Positions 33,036 to 42,113 of a stretch of 54,354 nt of DNA are shown piece by piece; the stretch's first letter is position 1; every line of letters starts with the position of its first letter. The notes beneath the pieces were generated by a model. That model ran no database searches, was not told the origin of the DNA, and worked only from the letters and a program-made list of their open reading frames with translations. The stretch is from a virus (Duplodnaviria; Caudoviricetes): positions 1 through 54,354 of the IMG/VR virus record IMGVR_UViG_3300045240_000043. The stretch is one strand, 5' to 3'. A program made the translations under genes and the position numbers.

Positions 33036-33502
33036 TGGCAGCCATCGACCAGGCGCTCGTGTCCATCTTGCTGAACGGGCTGCTGCCGACCGGCGCGGCG
33101 GGCATCCCGGGGACGGCGATCGGCACCCCGGTGGGCACGACGGCGATGCGGATCCGGCTGAACTCGACGGCAAGTACGGCGGCGGCGGCAGGAACGGAGA
33201 TCCCGACGCAGACGTCTGGGTACACCACGGCCGTGAACGGCGGGTGGACCCCGCTGGGGGCGTCGACCGTGTCGGCGTCCGGGACGGCGGTGGGGGTGCC
33301 GCTGACGACGCAGTCGCTGGTGTCGATCGGCGGGGTCGTGGGGTCGCCGGGGATCGTGTCGCTGGACATTGTCGGCAACACCGGGCAGCGGGGGTTCTGG
33401 GGGAACTTCAACGGCCAGCCCATCGCCGTGGCCAGCGGGAACACGTTCCAGGTGACGGGCGGCTCCGGCGCGGCGGCTGGCATCCAGGTTTCGCTGACAT
33501 GA
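33035..33502 (+). CDS. Putative virion structural protein
   Basis: Gly/Thr-rich; RGFWGNF...VASGNTFQ. Confidence 0.7.
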   Translation: MAAIDQALVSILLNGLLPTGAAGIPGTAIGTPVGTTAMRIRLNSTASTAAAAGTEIPTQTSGYTTAVNGGWTPLGASTVSASGTAVGVPLTTQSLVSIGGVVGSPGIVSLDIVGNTGQRGFWGNFNGQPIAVASGNTFQVTGGSGAAAGIQVSLT

Positions 33503-33511
33503 GGCGCTGAC

Positions 33512-34099
33512 ATGTCGTTCTACACCGGCACCCAGCCAGAGGTCCTGTACTCGCTGCCCGCGCCGATCACGAACACGGCGTTCACCACGCAGCGGGTCGT
33601 GTCCGCGCCGACGGCGACGGCGCCGGTCGCGACCATCCCCGGCGGGTTTTTCGGGTCGGTGCCGAACGGCGTCGGCCGGGGGCTGCTGATCCGGGGTTTC
33701 GGGACGCTGGCGAATCAGGCGACGGCGGCCACCCTCGCGCCGGTGCTGGCGCTGGACGCGGCCGCGGGGACGCTGCTGTCCGCCGGGACGATTTTCACGC
33801 TGCCGGCGATCACGCCGACCGCGTCGACGGTGGTGCCGTTCGAGTTCGAGATCTACATCACGGCCAACGTTGTCGGCGCCACGGGCGGCACGACGCTGCA
33901 GTGCAACGGCAACTGGCAGCATTCGGTCGCGGCCACGCAGACGATCCCGGTGGCGACGAACCTGTCCACATACATCTCGACAAGCCTGACGACCCTGTCC
34001 GCCGGGGCGGCGCTGTTCCCGGAGCTGTGGTGTACCTGCTCGGCGTCGGGCACTACCGCGATCGTCTTGCAGCAGTTCTTCGTGTTGGGGCTGAACTGA
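33512..34099 (+). CDS. Putative virion structural protein
   Basis: Thr-rich beta protein in the late operon. Confidence 0.7.
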   Translation: MSFYTGTQPEVLYSLPAPITNTAFTTQRVVSAPTATAPVATIPGGFFGSVPNGVGRGLLIRGFGTLANQATAATLAPVLALDAAAGTLLSAGTIFTLPAITPTASTVVPFEFEIYITANVVGATGGTTLQCNGNWQHSVAATQTIPVATNLSTYISTSLTTLSAGAALFPELWCTCSASGTTAIVLQQFFVLGLN

Positions 34100-34100
34100 C

Positions 34101-34409
34101 ATGGCGATCGGGAACCAGCCGAATGTGGCGCAGATCAATAGCCAGGCGGCGCAGATCGCGCTGGCGTTCCGCGCGAATGCGCAGGCGGCGCTGGCGTTCC
34201 AGGCGTATGTGGTGGGGCTCGGGCAGGCGGGGCTCGTGGCGCTCGGGTTCGCGTCCGCGGACGCGACGGCGCTGCTGACGGCGGCGAACAACATGGCGAC
34301 GTGCGCGCAGGTGTTCCAGGGCACTGTCCAGCAGGGCGGCACGGGCGGCACCGGGGCGTCCCTGTTCAACTTCCAGAATGCGCTGGTCGCGCTGACCGGC
34401 CCGAGCTGA
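34101..34409 (+). CDS. Hypothetical protein
   Basis: Tightly packed ORF in the late operon. Confidence 0.65.
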   Translation: MAIGNQPNVAQINSQAAQIALAFRANAQAALAFQAYVVGLGQAGLVALGFASADATALLTAANNMATCAQVFQGTVQQGGTGGTGASLFNFQNALVALTGPS

Positions 34410-34442
34410 GGTCCGCCGCCTGACTGACCGGGAAGGGCGCCC

Positions 34443-36494
34443 GTGACCTACCAGTCGGTCTGCCTGGCTGACAGCCCGGCGCTGTTCTGGGCGCTGAACG
34501 AGACGTCCGGGACGACGGCGGTCGACGCTTCCGGCAGCGGTCACGCGGGCACGTACAACGGCGCGTTCACCCTCGGCGTGACGGGTCCGCCGGGCGCGGG
34601 CATGGGCGGCTCCCTCGCGGTCAGCCTCACCGGCAACACCGTGTCGGCGACCGGCGGCCATGTCACGTCCGGGGCGCTCACCAACTTCCAGAACGTCTCC
34701 GCGGAGATCTGGTTCAACTCGTCCACGGCGGCGGGCGGCGCGATCGTCCAGGCGCAGGACGTCAACTTCATCGTCTACCTGGCGAACAACGGCACGATCA
34801 CGTTCGGCGTGTTCGACGGCGCGGTGAACTCATGCACGACCGCCGGGGCGTGGAACGACGGCAACTGGCATTACCTGGTCGCCACGTACAACGCCACGAC
34901 CCACGCGCAGATCCTGTACATCGACGCGACGTCGGTGGCGACGGCGTCGACGGCGACGAGCATCGCGGGCGGCAGCGGCCTGTGGTATGCGGGCTTCGGC
35001 GGGAACTTCGTCGGGAACTGGCCGGGGACGGTCACCAACAATGACCCGACGGCGACGGTCGCGGATCTCGCGGTTTACCCGGCGGTCCTGACCCCGACGC
35101 AGATCAGTACCCATTACGCCGCCGCGACGGCCGCCGCCGCGGTCCCGGTTCCGGTGCCGCAGGCGCGGCCGGGCAGGACGTGGCGGCGCCGGTTCCGTCA
35201 CCGGCAGCAGCCACAGGGCGCCGCGGGCGCGGTCACTATCATCGCCACGGCGAACCTCGCCGCCGCCGGTGCCGTCTCCGCGCTCGCCACGCAGGACGCG
35301 GGCACCACCACCACCCTGGCTGCCGCAGGCAGCGTCACCGCGGCTGTCACCGAAATCGCGCCGGCAACAGCAGCCGGCGCCGCCGCGATCACTGCGAAAA
35401 CCACCCAGCCGGGTGCCGCTGCCCTCGCTGGCGCTGGCGCGGTCACCGACGTAGTCACGCAGGCCGTTATCGCAGCCCCGGCTGGCGCGGGCTCCATCAC
35501 CACGGTGGCAACTGAGGCTGTCACGGCCGCACCCGCTGGCGGTGGTGCGGTTGCCACGGTGGTCACGGAGATCGCCGGGGTCACGGTCGCCGGTGCCGGT
35601 GCCGTCACCGGCGTAGTCACGCAGGCGTGCACGGCGACCCTCGCAGGCGCGGGCAGTGTCACGGCGAATGCCAGTGTCATCGCCGCGGGGAACACCGCGA
35701 ACCTCGCCGCCGCCGGTGCCGTCTCCGCGCTCGCCACCGTCATCGTCCCGGCCACCGTGGCTGGCGCGGGCACCGTGGCCGCGGTGGTCACGCAGATTGC
35801 CCCGGCCACGGCGGCGGGTGCGGGCAGCGTCACCGCGGTCGTCACCGAGGCTGTCACGGGGGCGCCGGCCGGAGCCGGGGCACTCGGGCCGGTCCCGGTC
35901 ACCCAGGCCGCGACTGCGGCTCCGGCAGGCGCCGGCGCTGTCGCGGACGTAGTCACCCAGGCTGTCACCGCCAGCCTGGCAGGCGCCGGGGCGGTCACGG
36001 CGGTAGCCAGCTCGGGCGGCCCGAGTACCGCGAGCCTCGCCGGCGCGGGAACGGTCACGGCTAAGGCCACGGTCGCCGCCACGGCCATCGCAGCCGGTGC
36101 CGGGGCAGTGACGGCCACCGCCGCCCAGGCGGCCACGGCGGCGCTCTCAGGCGCGGGTGCCGTGTCCGCGAACGGCGCCATCACCGGCACCGCGAACCTT
36201 GCCGGAGCCGGGGCCGTAACGGCGAAAGCCGTCCAGACCGTCGCCGCGACGACGGCCGGAGCCGGGGCGCTGACCGCGCTCGCCGTCCAGCAGGCCACTG
36301 CGCAGCTCGCCGGCGCCGGTGCGGTCACCGCCACCGGGAGCATCCGGGTCGCGTTCACCATCGGCGCCCTGACAGCCACCAGCGCCGCGGGCAGCGTCCT
36401 TACCGCAGCCACCGCCGGGAACGCGCTCACGGCCAGCACCGCGCCGCGCAGCACCCTTACGGCGGCAACGACCAGGACGGGAGGGCCAGGTTAG
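34443..36494 (+). CDS. LamG/concanavalin-domain protein with Ala/Gly/Thr repeat stalk
   Basis: FWALNETSGTTAVDASG, SAEIWF, NDGNWHYLVATY, LYID; then many AGAGAVTAxxTQ repeats. Confidence 0.8.
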   Translation: MTYQSVCLADSPALFWALNETSGTTAVDASGSGHAGTYNGAFTLGVTGPPGAGMGGSLAVSLTGNTVSATGGHVTSGALTNFQNVSAEIWFNSSTAAGGAIVQAQDVNFIVYLANNGTITFGVFDGAVNSCTTAGAWNDGNWHYLVATYNATTHAQILYIDATSVATASTATSIAGGSGLWYAGFGGNFVGNWPGTVTNNDPTATVADLAVYPAVLTPTQISTHYAAATAAAAVPVPVPQARPGRTWRRRFRHRQQPQGAAGAVTIIATANLAAAGAVSALATQDAGTTTTLAAAGSVTAAVTEIAPATAAGAAAITAKTTQPGAAALAGAGAVTDVVTQAVIAAPAGAGSITTVATEAVTAAPAGGGAVATVVTEIAGVTVAGAGAVTGVVTQACTATLAGAGSVTANASVIAAGNTANLAAAGAVSALATVIVPATVAGAGTVAAVVTQIAPATAAGAGSVTAVVTEAVTGAPAGAGALGPVPVTQAATAAPAGAGAVADVVTQAVTASLAGAGAVTAVASSGGPSTASLAGAGTVTAKATVAATAIAAGAGAVTATAAQAATAALSGAGAVSANGAITGTANLAGAGAVTAKAVQTVAATTAGAGALTALAVQQATAQLAGAGAVTATGSIRVAFTIGALTATSAAGSVLTAATAGNALTASTAPRSTLTAATTRTGGPG

Positions 36495-37429
36495 TGGCGA
36501 GATATCCTGCCGGCCAGCCGGTCACTATCCCGGTCACCGTGAAGCAGCGCAACGTTGACGGCACCTACAGCCTCGTGGATGCCGGGTCCCTGACAATCAC
36601 CGTCAAGCTCGCCGCCGGCGACGGCACCTTCACGACGACCGGCACGTACGCCACCCCCGTGCATGACTCGACGGGCACTTACCACCAGGACGTCCCCGTC
36701 ACCGACCTGGCCGCGCTCGGCCACTACCAGTACGCGGCGGTCAGCACCGGCACCGGCGCAGGCGTCCAGACCGGCGACTTCGACGTGTTCGACCCGTTCG
36801 AGCTCACCGCCGCCGACACGAACTACTGCACCCCCGAGGAACTCAAGGCGCGGCTGCAGATCACCGGCAGTGCCGACGACGACCAGATCGACCTCGCGTG
36901 CGCCGCCGCCAGCCGGGCGATCGACGGCTACTGCGAACGGTATTTCTACCACGCCACCGCGACCCGCACCTACGTCCCCGCGGACCTGTACCGCACCAAG
37001 GTCAACGACCTCGTGTCCGTCACCACCCTCGCCACCGACCCCGCCGGGACCACCGCCCAGGGCGGCACATTCCCCATCACGTGGCCCACGGGTTCCTTCC
37101 AGCTGCTGCCGTACAACCCGGGGCAGCTCGGCGAGCCGTGGCCGTACACGTCGATCCGCGCGGTCGGCGGCCTGACGTTCCCGTGGGTGATCCCGCTGCT
37201 GCTGATGCGCATGGACCGCGTCCAGGTGACGGGCGTGTTCGGCTGGCCCGCGGTCCCGGCCGTGATCCGCACGATGACGCAGACCGTCGCCGCCGAGATC
37301 TTCCGCACCCGGGACGTCCCGGGCGGCAGCGCCGTCCCCGGCGAGTTCGCGACCGCGGTCATCGAGTCCAGCCCCCTGATCCGGGCCGCGCTGGAGACGT
37401 ACCACCGGAACCCATTCCTGGCCGCGTGA
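36494..37429 (+). CDS. Head-tail adaptor with an N-terminal extra domain
   Basis: YCTPEELKARL, AASRAIDGYCERYF, VTGVFGWPAVP. Confidence 0.85.
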   Translation: MARYPAGQPVTIPVTVKQRNVDGTYSLVDAGSLTITVKLAAGDGTFTTTGTYATPVHDSTGTYHQDVPVTDLAALGHYQYAAVSTGTGAGVQTGDFDVFDPFELTAADTNYCTPEELKARLQITGSADDDQIDLACAAASRAIDGYCERYFYHATATRTYVPADLYRTKVNDLVSVTTLATDPAGTTAQGGTFPITWPTGSFQLLPYNPGQLGEPWPYTSIRAVGGLTFPWVIPLLLMRMDRVQVTGVFGWPAVPAVIRTMTQTVAAEIFRTRDVPGGSAVPGEFATAVIESSPLIRAALETYHRNPFLAA

Positions 37430-38091
37430 AGAAGCCACCGCGCCCCGCGAAGGCGAAGAAACCAACGCCGCCCGCGCGGCCACCCGGCCTGGCCTGGGTC
37501 CGGCCGGCCGTGAAGGCCCCCGCCGGGAAGCCCCCGGCGAAGGTGTCGGCGCACACCCGGCAGCTGCGCCACAAGGCCGCGGTGAAAGCGGCGCACACGA
37601 GGGCGCGGAACGCGAAGCGGGCGAAGAAGCACGGGCTCGCGGGTCCCGGCTCCGGCGGCTGGTGGATCCTCGGCGGCAACGACACGGCGGACAACTGCGC
37701 GGCCGTCGCCGTGGCCAACTCGCTGCTACTCAGTAGCGGGCTACGTGTTAGCGACGCGGAGCTGCTGCGGCTGCATGACCGCGCCGGGCCGCTGTCCATC
37801 CCGGAAGCCATCGCCGCGCTCGCTGTGCCAGGTTTTCCCGTGTGCTCCCCGTGGCCAGCGGATCAGCGTAGTGACGGCGGAGGCTTCGGCGAGTTTGCGA
37901 CGCGCGCCATACGCGGCGTTGTCCCGGCACCTGGCGACCTCACCGGCAGGCTACCGCTAGTCATCGGCGTGGCCACGCCGCATGGCCCGCACGCCGCCCT
38001 CCTCCTCGGCGATGGCCTGGTCACCTGGGGCGGCCTGATCCCGTGGCCGGATGACTGGCTCCTAGACGAGGCATGGGCGGTGACCTGGTGA
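37426..38091 (+). CDS. Protein with Lys/Arg-rich N-terminus and papain-like motifs
   Basis: GND...NCAAVAVAN...PHAALL...VTWG. Confidence 0.5.
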   Translation: MKKPPRPAKAKKPTPPARPPGLAWVRPAVKAPAGKPPAKVSAHTRQLRHKAAVKAAHTRARNAKRAKKHGLAGPGSGGWWILGGNDTADNCAAVAVANSLLLSSGLRVSDAELLRLHDRAGPLSIPEAIAALAVPGFPVCSPWPADQRSDGGGFGEFATRAIRGVVPAPGDLTGRLPLVIGVATPHGPHAALLLGDGLVTWGGLIPWPDDWLLDEAWAVTW

Positions 38092-38588
38092 CCACCTCGC
38101 GTGTCCCGGCGGCCATTGACTACCTCGTGGCGCTGTTCACCGCCGCGCCGACCCTCGGCCAGGCCGTGCCACCCGTCAACGTCATCGACGGGCCGAAAGT
38201 CACCGCCGACCCGGGACCCCTCGCCCTGTGGGTCGGCGTCGACGACATCACCAACCCGTCACCCGCCGCCGCCACCTCCGTCCAGGCATGGCAGCCCGGC
38301 CTCGGCCGCAACGTCCGGCAGGAGGCCCTGGCGGTGCACTGCGTCGCGCAGGCATGGTCCGGCGACGACGACGTGCGCTCGATGCGGATCGCCGCCGACG
38401 GCATCGTCGGCGCCGCCGAGGATCTGATCCGCGCCGACCCGACGCTAGGCGGGACGCTGCCCGGCTCGAAGGACGCGGGCGTAACCACCGCCGACCTGCA
38501 GCAGGGACCGGCGCTGGCAGGCGGCCGCGGGATGGCCGTCCGCGTGCTGTTCACCATCGAGGCGACGGCCATCACGGCCACGCACTGA
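38088..38588 (+). CDS. Tail terminator/completion-like protein
   Basis: VIDGP, WSGD, IRADPTLGG, VLFTIEA. Confidence 0.7.
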   Translation: MTTSRVPAAIDYLVALFTAAPTLGQAVPPVNVIDGPKVTADPGPLALWVGVDDITNPSPAAATSVQAWQPGLGRNVRQEALAVHCVAQAWSGDDDVRSMRIAADGIVGAAEDLIRADPTLGGTLPGSKDAGVTTADLQQGPALAGGRGMAVRVLFTIEATAITATH

Positions 38589-38621
38589 CCGCATCGTCCA
38601 CTCTGACCGGAAGGCACCCAC

Positions 38622-38948
38622 GTGGCCACCTATACGATCCAGAACCCGCCGCACGCCGGCGCGGCCATCGCCTACGTGTCACCCCCGGCCACCAACGACA
38701 TCGCGCCCTGCGGCTCCGGCATCAGCCTGATCGTTGTCAACCCGACGGCGAACGGGACGGTGACCGTGTCGCTGCCGTGCCTCACCGATGACGGGCTGAC
38801 CGTCGGCCCGCGGGTCGTGTCATGCGCGTCGCCGTCCACGACGCTGATCCCGCTGGTCAGCTCCGTGTACGGCACGTCGGTGGTCCTCACCTACACCGGC
38901 ACCCTGACGACCGTCCAGGTCGCCGTCATCACCTCACCCGGCACCTAG
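38622..38948 (+). CDS. Small structural protein (paralog A)
   Basis: Similar to 38970-39320. Confidence 0.7.
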   Translation: MATYTIQNPPHAGAAIAYVSPPATNDIAPCGSGISLIVVNPTANGTVTVSLPCLTDDGLTVGPRVVSCASPSTTLIPLVSSVYGTSVVLTYTGTLTTVQVAVITSPGT

Positions 38949-38969
38949 AAACGACAGCAAGGGAAGCCC

Positions 38970-39320
38970 ATGGCCGCTCAGACGTATTCGATCCAGTCGC
39001 CGTCGCATGCCCCCGCGGCGGCTATCACCGTGCAGGCACCCGGCGGCACCACCGGGGACCTCGCCCCGACCGGTTCCGGGGTCGCCCTGTTCGTGTCCAA
39101 CGGCGCCACCCCGACGACCGTCACCCTCGTCCCGCAGCCGTTCGACGGCCTCGTCGTCGGCACCAGGACGATCACGATCGCGGCGGCGTCGCAGTACCTG
39201 ATCCCGCTGCCTGCGTCGGTGTACGGCGCGGGCCTCGTCGCGGTCGGCTACGGGAACATCACGACCCTGACCGGGGCCACCGGCTTCGGTGTCGCCGTCG
39301 TCACCATCCCGGGCTCATGA
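38970..39320 (+). CDS. Small structural protein (paralog B)
   Basis: Similar to 38622-38948. Confidence 0.7.
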   Translation: MAAQTYSIQSPSHAPAAAITVQAPGGTTGDLAPTGSGVALFVSNGATPTTVTLVPQPFDGLVVGTRTITIAAASQYLIPLPASVYGAGLVAVGYGNITTLTGATGFGVAVVTIPGS

Positions 39321-39514
39321 GCGTCCTGGCGTACCACCCGGAGACCGGGCACCAGGTGGTCGTGGACGAGGGCGCGCTGGTGCACCTGCGCATGTCCGGG
39401 TGGATGACGCAGGCCGAGCATGACGCGAACCAGGCCGCCGCGGCAGAAGCGGCGGAGCAGGCGGCGGCGCAGGACAAGGCCGCCAGCGTGAAGACCGCAC
39501 CGAAGGAGAAGTAA
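39317..39514 (+). CDS. Small hypothetical protein before the tail tube gene
   Basis: YHPETG...SGW; ATGA-coupled. Confidence 0.65.
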   Translation: MSVLAYHPETGHQVVVDEGALVHLRMSGWMTQAEHDANQAAAAEAAEQAAAQDKAASVKTAPKEK

Positions 39515-39517
39515 GCC

Positions 39518-39994
39518 ATGGCGGCCCCAGCTCTCACCCCTCGCGTGGGTTATTTCCCTCCGGGGACAAGGAAGTTCTACTGGGTGGCGGCCATCGCCAA
39601 CAAGAACGCGCCAACCCGCGCCGAGCTCAACGCCGGGGTGGACCTCTCAGCCGAGATCGCGGCGGCGTCCGGGTGGGCACTCGTCGCGAACATGGTCGAC
39701 ATGCCCGACCTCGGGTCGCGTTTCACCAGCCAGGTCGGCGGCCGGCTGACCTCCGGCCCGAACGACCTGACGATGTACCTGTCGGCGAACGGCGTCGACG
39801 CGCGGTCGCTGCTGCCCCGCGGCACCACCGGGTTCATCGTGACCCTCCTCGAAGGCGACAACACCGGCGGGAAGATGAACGTGTTCCCGGTGGTCGTCAC
39901 CTCCCAGGCGCCGGACATGTCGGAGAACGCCGGGCAGGCCACATGGTCGTTCGCGGTGTCCTCGCTTCCCGTGGAGAATTTGACCATCCCGTGA
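39518..39994 (+). CDS. Major tail (tube) protein
   Basis: APTRAELNAGVDLS, PDLGSRF, LPRGTTGFIV. Confidence 0.85.
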   Translation: MAAPALTPRVGYFPPGTRKFYWVAAIANKNAPTRAELNAGVDLSAEIAAASGWALVANMVDMPDLGSRFTSQVGGRLTSGPNDLTMYLSANGVDARSLLPRGTTGFIVTLLEGDNTGGKMNVFPVVVTSQAPDMSENAGQATWSFAVSSLPVENLTIP

Positions 39995-40711
39995 TCACCG
40001 GCTGATTTCATCGTCTGCGAAAAGGGGGATCTGAGCTTCTGCCGCCTTCCGGCGTTCGACTGCCAGTTGCGCAGCTTCGAGGGCGTCGGCCATGCGCCGC
40101 AGACGGGCCGGATCATCGGCTGCGTTGCCGATCGCCGTATTGCAGTGCTGGCAAGCGAGACCACGGCGGCAAATCCTGCATGACCGGTGACGCGGGCAGC
40201 AAGTATGATCATGATCAACCTGGATCTCGCGTGGCGCCAGTGCCTCCAGCGTCATACCGCATAGATAGCACAAACCAGATTGCGCATCCCATATCGCCGC
40301 CCAGTCCTCCGGCCGCAATCCGTGACGGTAGGCCGTCCCGTTTATGCGGATCCTTTCGGGATTGCTCAGTGAGTATGCGCGGCTCTTAGCGATCAGCGCT
40401 TCGCGATTGCGTTCACGATACGCACGGGTTTTAGCGCGGTGTTCCTCCGGGTCGCGCTGCGCGTAACGCTGCCGGGAGCGCTCCATGACCGCTTCGCGGT
40501 TTTCCTGGTAGTACGCGACCCTCAGCGCCTTCAGCCTCTCGCGGTTACGCTGCTTGTAAGCGCGCTGATACTCAGCCGTCGCTGCTCGCTGCTCAGGTGT
40601 TGGCTGCTTCCGCTTCCGCGTCTTGCCTGAAGCGCGCTGCTGTTCTCTAATCTTCTCGCGGTTGCGCTGGTAGTACTCGCGCTGATAGGCGCGTCGCGCC
40701 TCGCTGTTCAC
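39995..40711 (-). CDS. Endonuclease VII-like His-Me nuclease
   Basis: Arg/Tyr repeats, then QSGLCYLC...VDHDHTCC...RGLACQHCNTAIG. Confidence 0.88.
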   Translation of the reverse strand: MNSEARRAYQREYYQRNREKIREQQRASGKTRKRKQPTPEQRAATAEYQRAYKQRNRERLKALRVAYYQENREAVMERSRQRYAQRDPEEHRAKTRAYRERNREALIAKSRAYSLSNPERIRINGTAYRHGLRPEDWAAIWDAQSGLCYLCGMTLEALAPREIQVDHDHTCCPRHRSCRICRRGLACQHCNTAIGNAADDPARLRRMADALEAAQLAVERRKAAEAQIPLFADDEISR

Positions 40712-40878
40712 CGGCCGATCTCCTGCGGATCCTCATGGTCGGCGCGGAACCTGGCGAGGGCTTCGGCGAGGATCGCGTTGACGGCGCGGCCGGTGCGCTG
40801 CGCGTAGGCCAGTAGCCATAGCCGGTCAGGCTCGGGCGGCCGGAACCCGATGGGGTTGTACTTCTGCACGTTAGGCAA
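40708..40878 (-). CDS. Ribbon-helix-helix-like regulator
   Basis: PIGFRPPE...GRAVNAILAEAL; TTG start with GGAG RBS. Confidence 0.65.
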   Translation of the reverse strand: MPNVQKYNPIGFRPPEPDRLWLLAYAQRTGRAVNAILAEALARFRADHEDPQEIGR

Positions 40879-41122
40879 CGGGGTGCTCCCGTGCCGGGAT
40901 GTCCGCAGAGCGGCACGCCATCGCGAGCGCGACGATCCAGCCAATGACCGTCCAGCCGAGCAGGCCATTGATGACGGCAACGGAACCGATATTGCGGACG
41001 CGGCGCATTCTCGCAATGAGCAGCGGAGTCCAATACGCGGCGATGACGATGAGCCACAGGATGATTCCTCCGATGGTGTCGCCGGCGCCGTTGCCGGCGG
41101 TTGCGATCAGGTGCTGGTGCAT
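40871..41122 (-). CDS. Superinfection immunity (T4 Imm-like) membrane protein
   Basis: YWTPLLIARMR...INGLLGWTVIGWIVALAMA. Confidence 0.88.
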   Translation of the reverse strand: MHQHLIATAGNGAGDTIGGIILWLIVIAAYWTPLLIARMRRVRNIGSVAVINGLLGWTVIGWIVALAMACRSADIPAREHPVA

Positions 41123-41139
41123 GGGATTCCTTTTCTCTC

Positions 41140-41181
41140 GGTTGTGCTACAACCGTACGGGTTGTAGCACAACCTTGTCAA
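41140..41181 (-). promoter_or_regulatory. Promoter overlapped by a perfect 15-bp inverted repeat operator
   Basis: TTGACA-18-TACGGT on the minus strand; GGTTGTGCTACAACC-N5-GGTTGTAGCACAACC at 41140-41174. Confidence 0.8.
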
Positions 41182-41195
41182 CCGGGGAGATACCG

Positions 41196-41681
41196 ATGCC
41201 TGCACCGTCACGCCGCGCCAAGAGCACCATCCTGCCCTTCAATGGCCCGTGGACAGGTCCCGCGCTGTCTGATGCGGCGCTGCTGATCGCCCGCGTCGCG
41301 AAGGCAAGCTCGGCGCGGTGGTCCCGTCGTGTCCCGCTGTCCGTGCGCGTCAGTTCCAGCGTCACCACCGGCACGGCGAAGAGGGTCACCATCACCGCCG
41401 GGGGCCGTGCAGCACCTCAGGCATATGTCATGGAAGGACGCAACTCCGGCGCCCCGATCGCTCACCCGGTGTTCGGCCACGGCGAGCGGCTCCGCGGCAC
41501 GGCCGTCGGCAAAAAGAAAAACGGCAAGCTGCGCTACGAGCCTCCCGGCTGGACCTGGGCGCGCCAGATTCCCGTGCGCCCGTTCATGGCGCAGGCCGCC
41601 GAAGCGGCGGCAGGCAGCGCCGCCGACGAGTTCGCCAACCGCATGATCACCGAGTGGGCCAGGGCCAGCGGCTTCAGATAG
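41196..41681 (+). CDS. HK97 gp10-like neck/tail protein
   Basis: HPVFG...WARQ..RPFM; position. Confidence 0.65.
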   Translation: MPAPSRRAKSTILPFNGPWTGPALSDAALLIARVAKASSARWSRRVPLSVRVSSSVTTGTAKRVTITAGGRAAPQAYVMEGRNSGAPIAHPVFGHGERLRGTAVGKKKNGKLRYEPPGWTWARQIPVRPFMAQAAEAAAGSAADEFANRMITEWARASGFR

Positions 41682-41697
41682 TTAAGGAAACCCCGCA

Positions 41698-42057
41698 ATG
41701 AAAATCACTTACGAGGGCGCCGTCTATGACCTTGACCTGGACGAGATCACCGTCCGGCAGGGCCAGGCGATCGAGAAGCACACCGGCGGGACGCTCGGCG
41801 ACTGGGAAGAGGGCCTGGGGAAGGCGTCCGCTGACTGCCTGCAGGCCCTCGGGTGGCTGATCTTCACCGGCGGCGACCTGAAGCAGCCGATCGGGGAGAC
41901 GGACTTCAAGCTGCTGAAGCTCGCTAAGGCGCTCGGCGAGGCGCAGGAGGCGGAGAGCCCGGACCCTACCGGGGCGGCCTCGCCGCCGGGCGCGCCGAGT
42001 ACCTCGGCGCATTCGCCGAGGTCTTCGGCTTCACCCCGGCCGAACAGGGCGAGCTGA
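41698..42057 (+). CDS. Tail assembly chaperone; -1 frame extension to 42110
   Basis: Directly before the tape measure gene; the -1 frame from 41964 reads PYRGG...FGFTPAEQGELTVAEF...RKG*. Confidence 0.8.
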   Translation: MKITYEGAVYDLDLDEITVRQGQAIEKHTGGTLGDWEEGLGKASADCLQALGWLIFTGGDLKQPIGETDFKLLKLAKALGEAQEAESPDPTGAASPPGAPSTSAHSPRSSASPRPNRAS

Positions 42058-42113
42058 CCGTCGCCGAGTTTGACCACCTTATCCGCTACCTGATGGCCAG
42101 GAAGGGATAGCCC

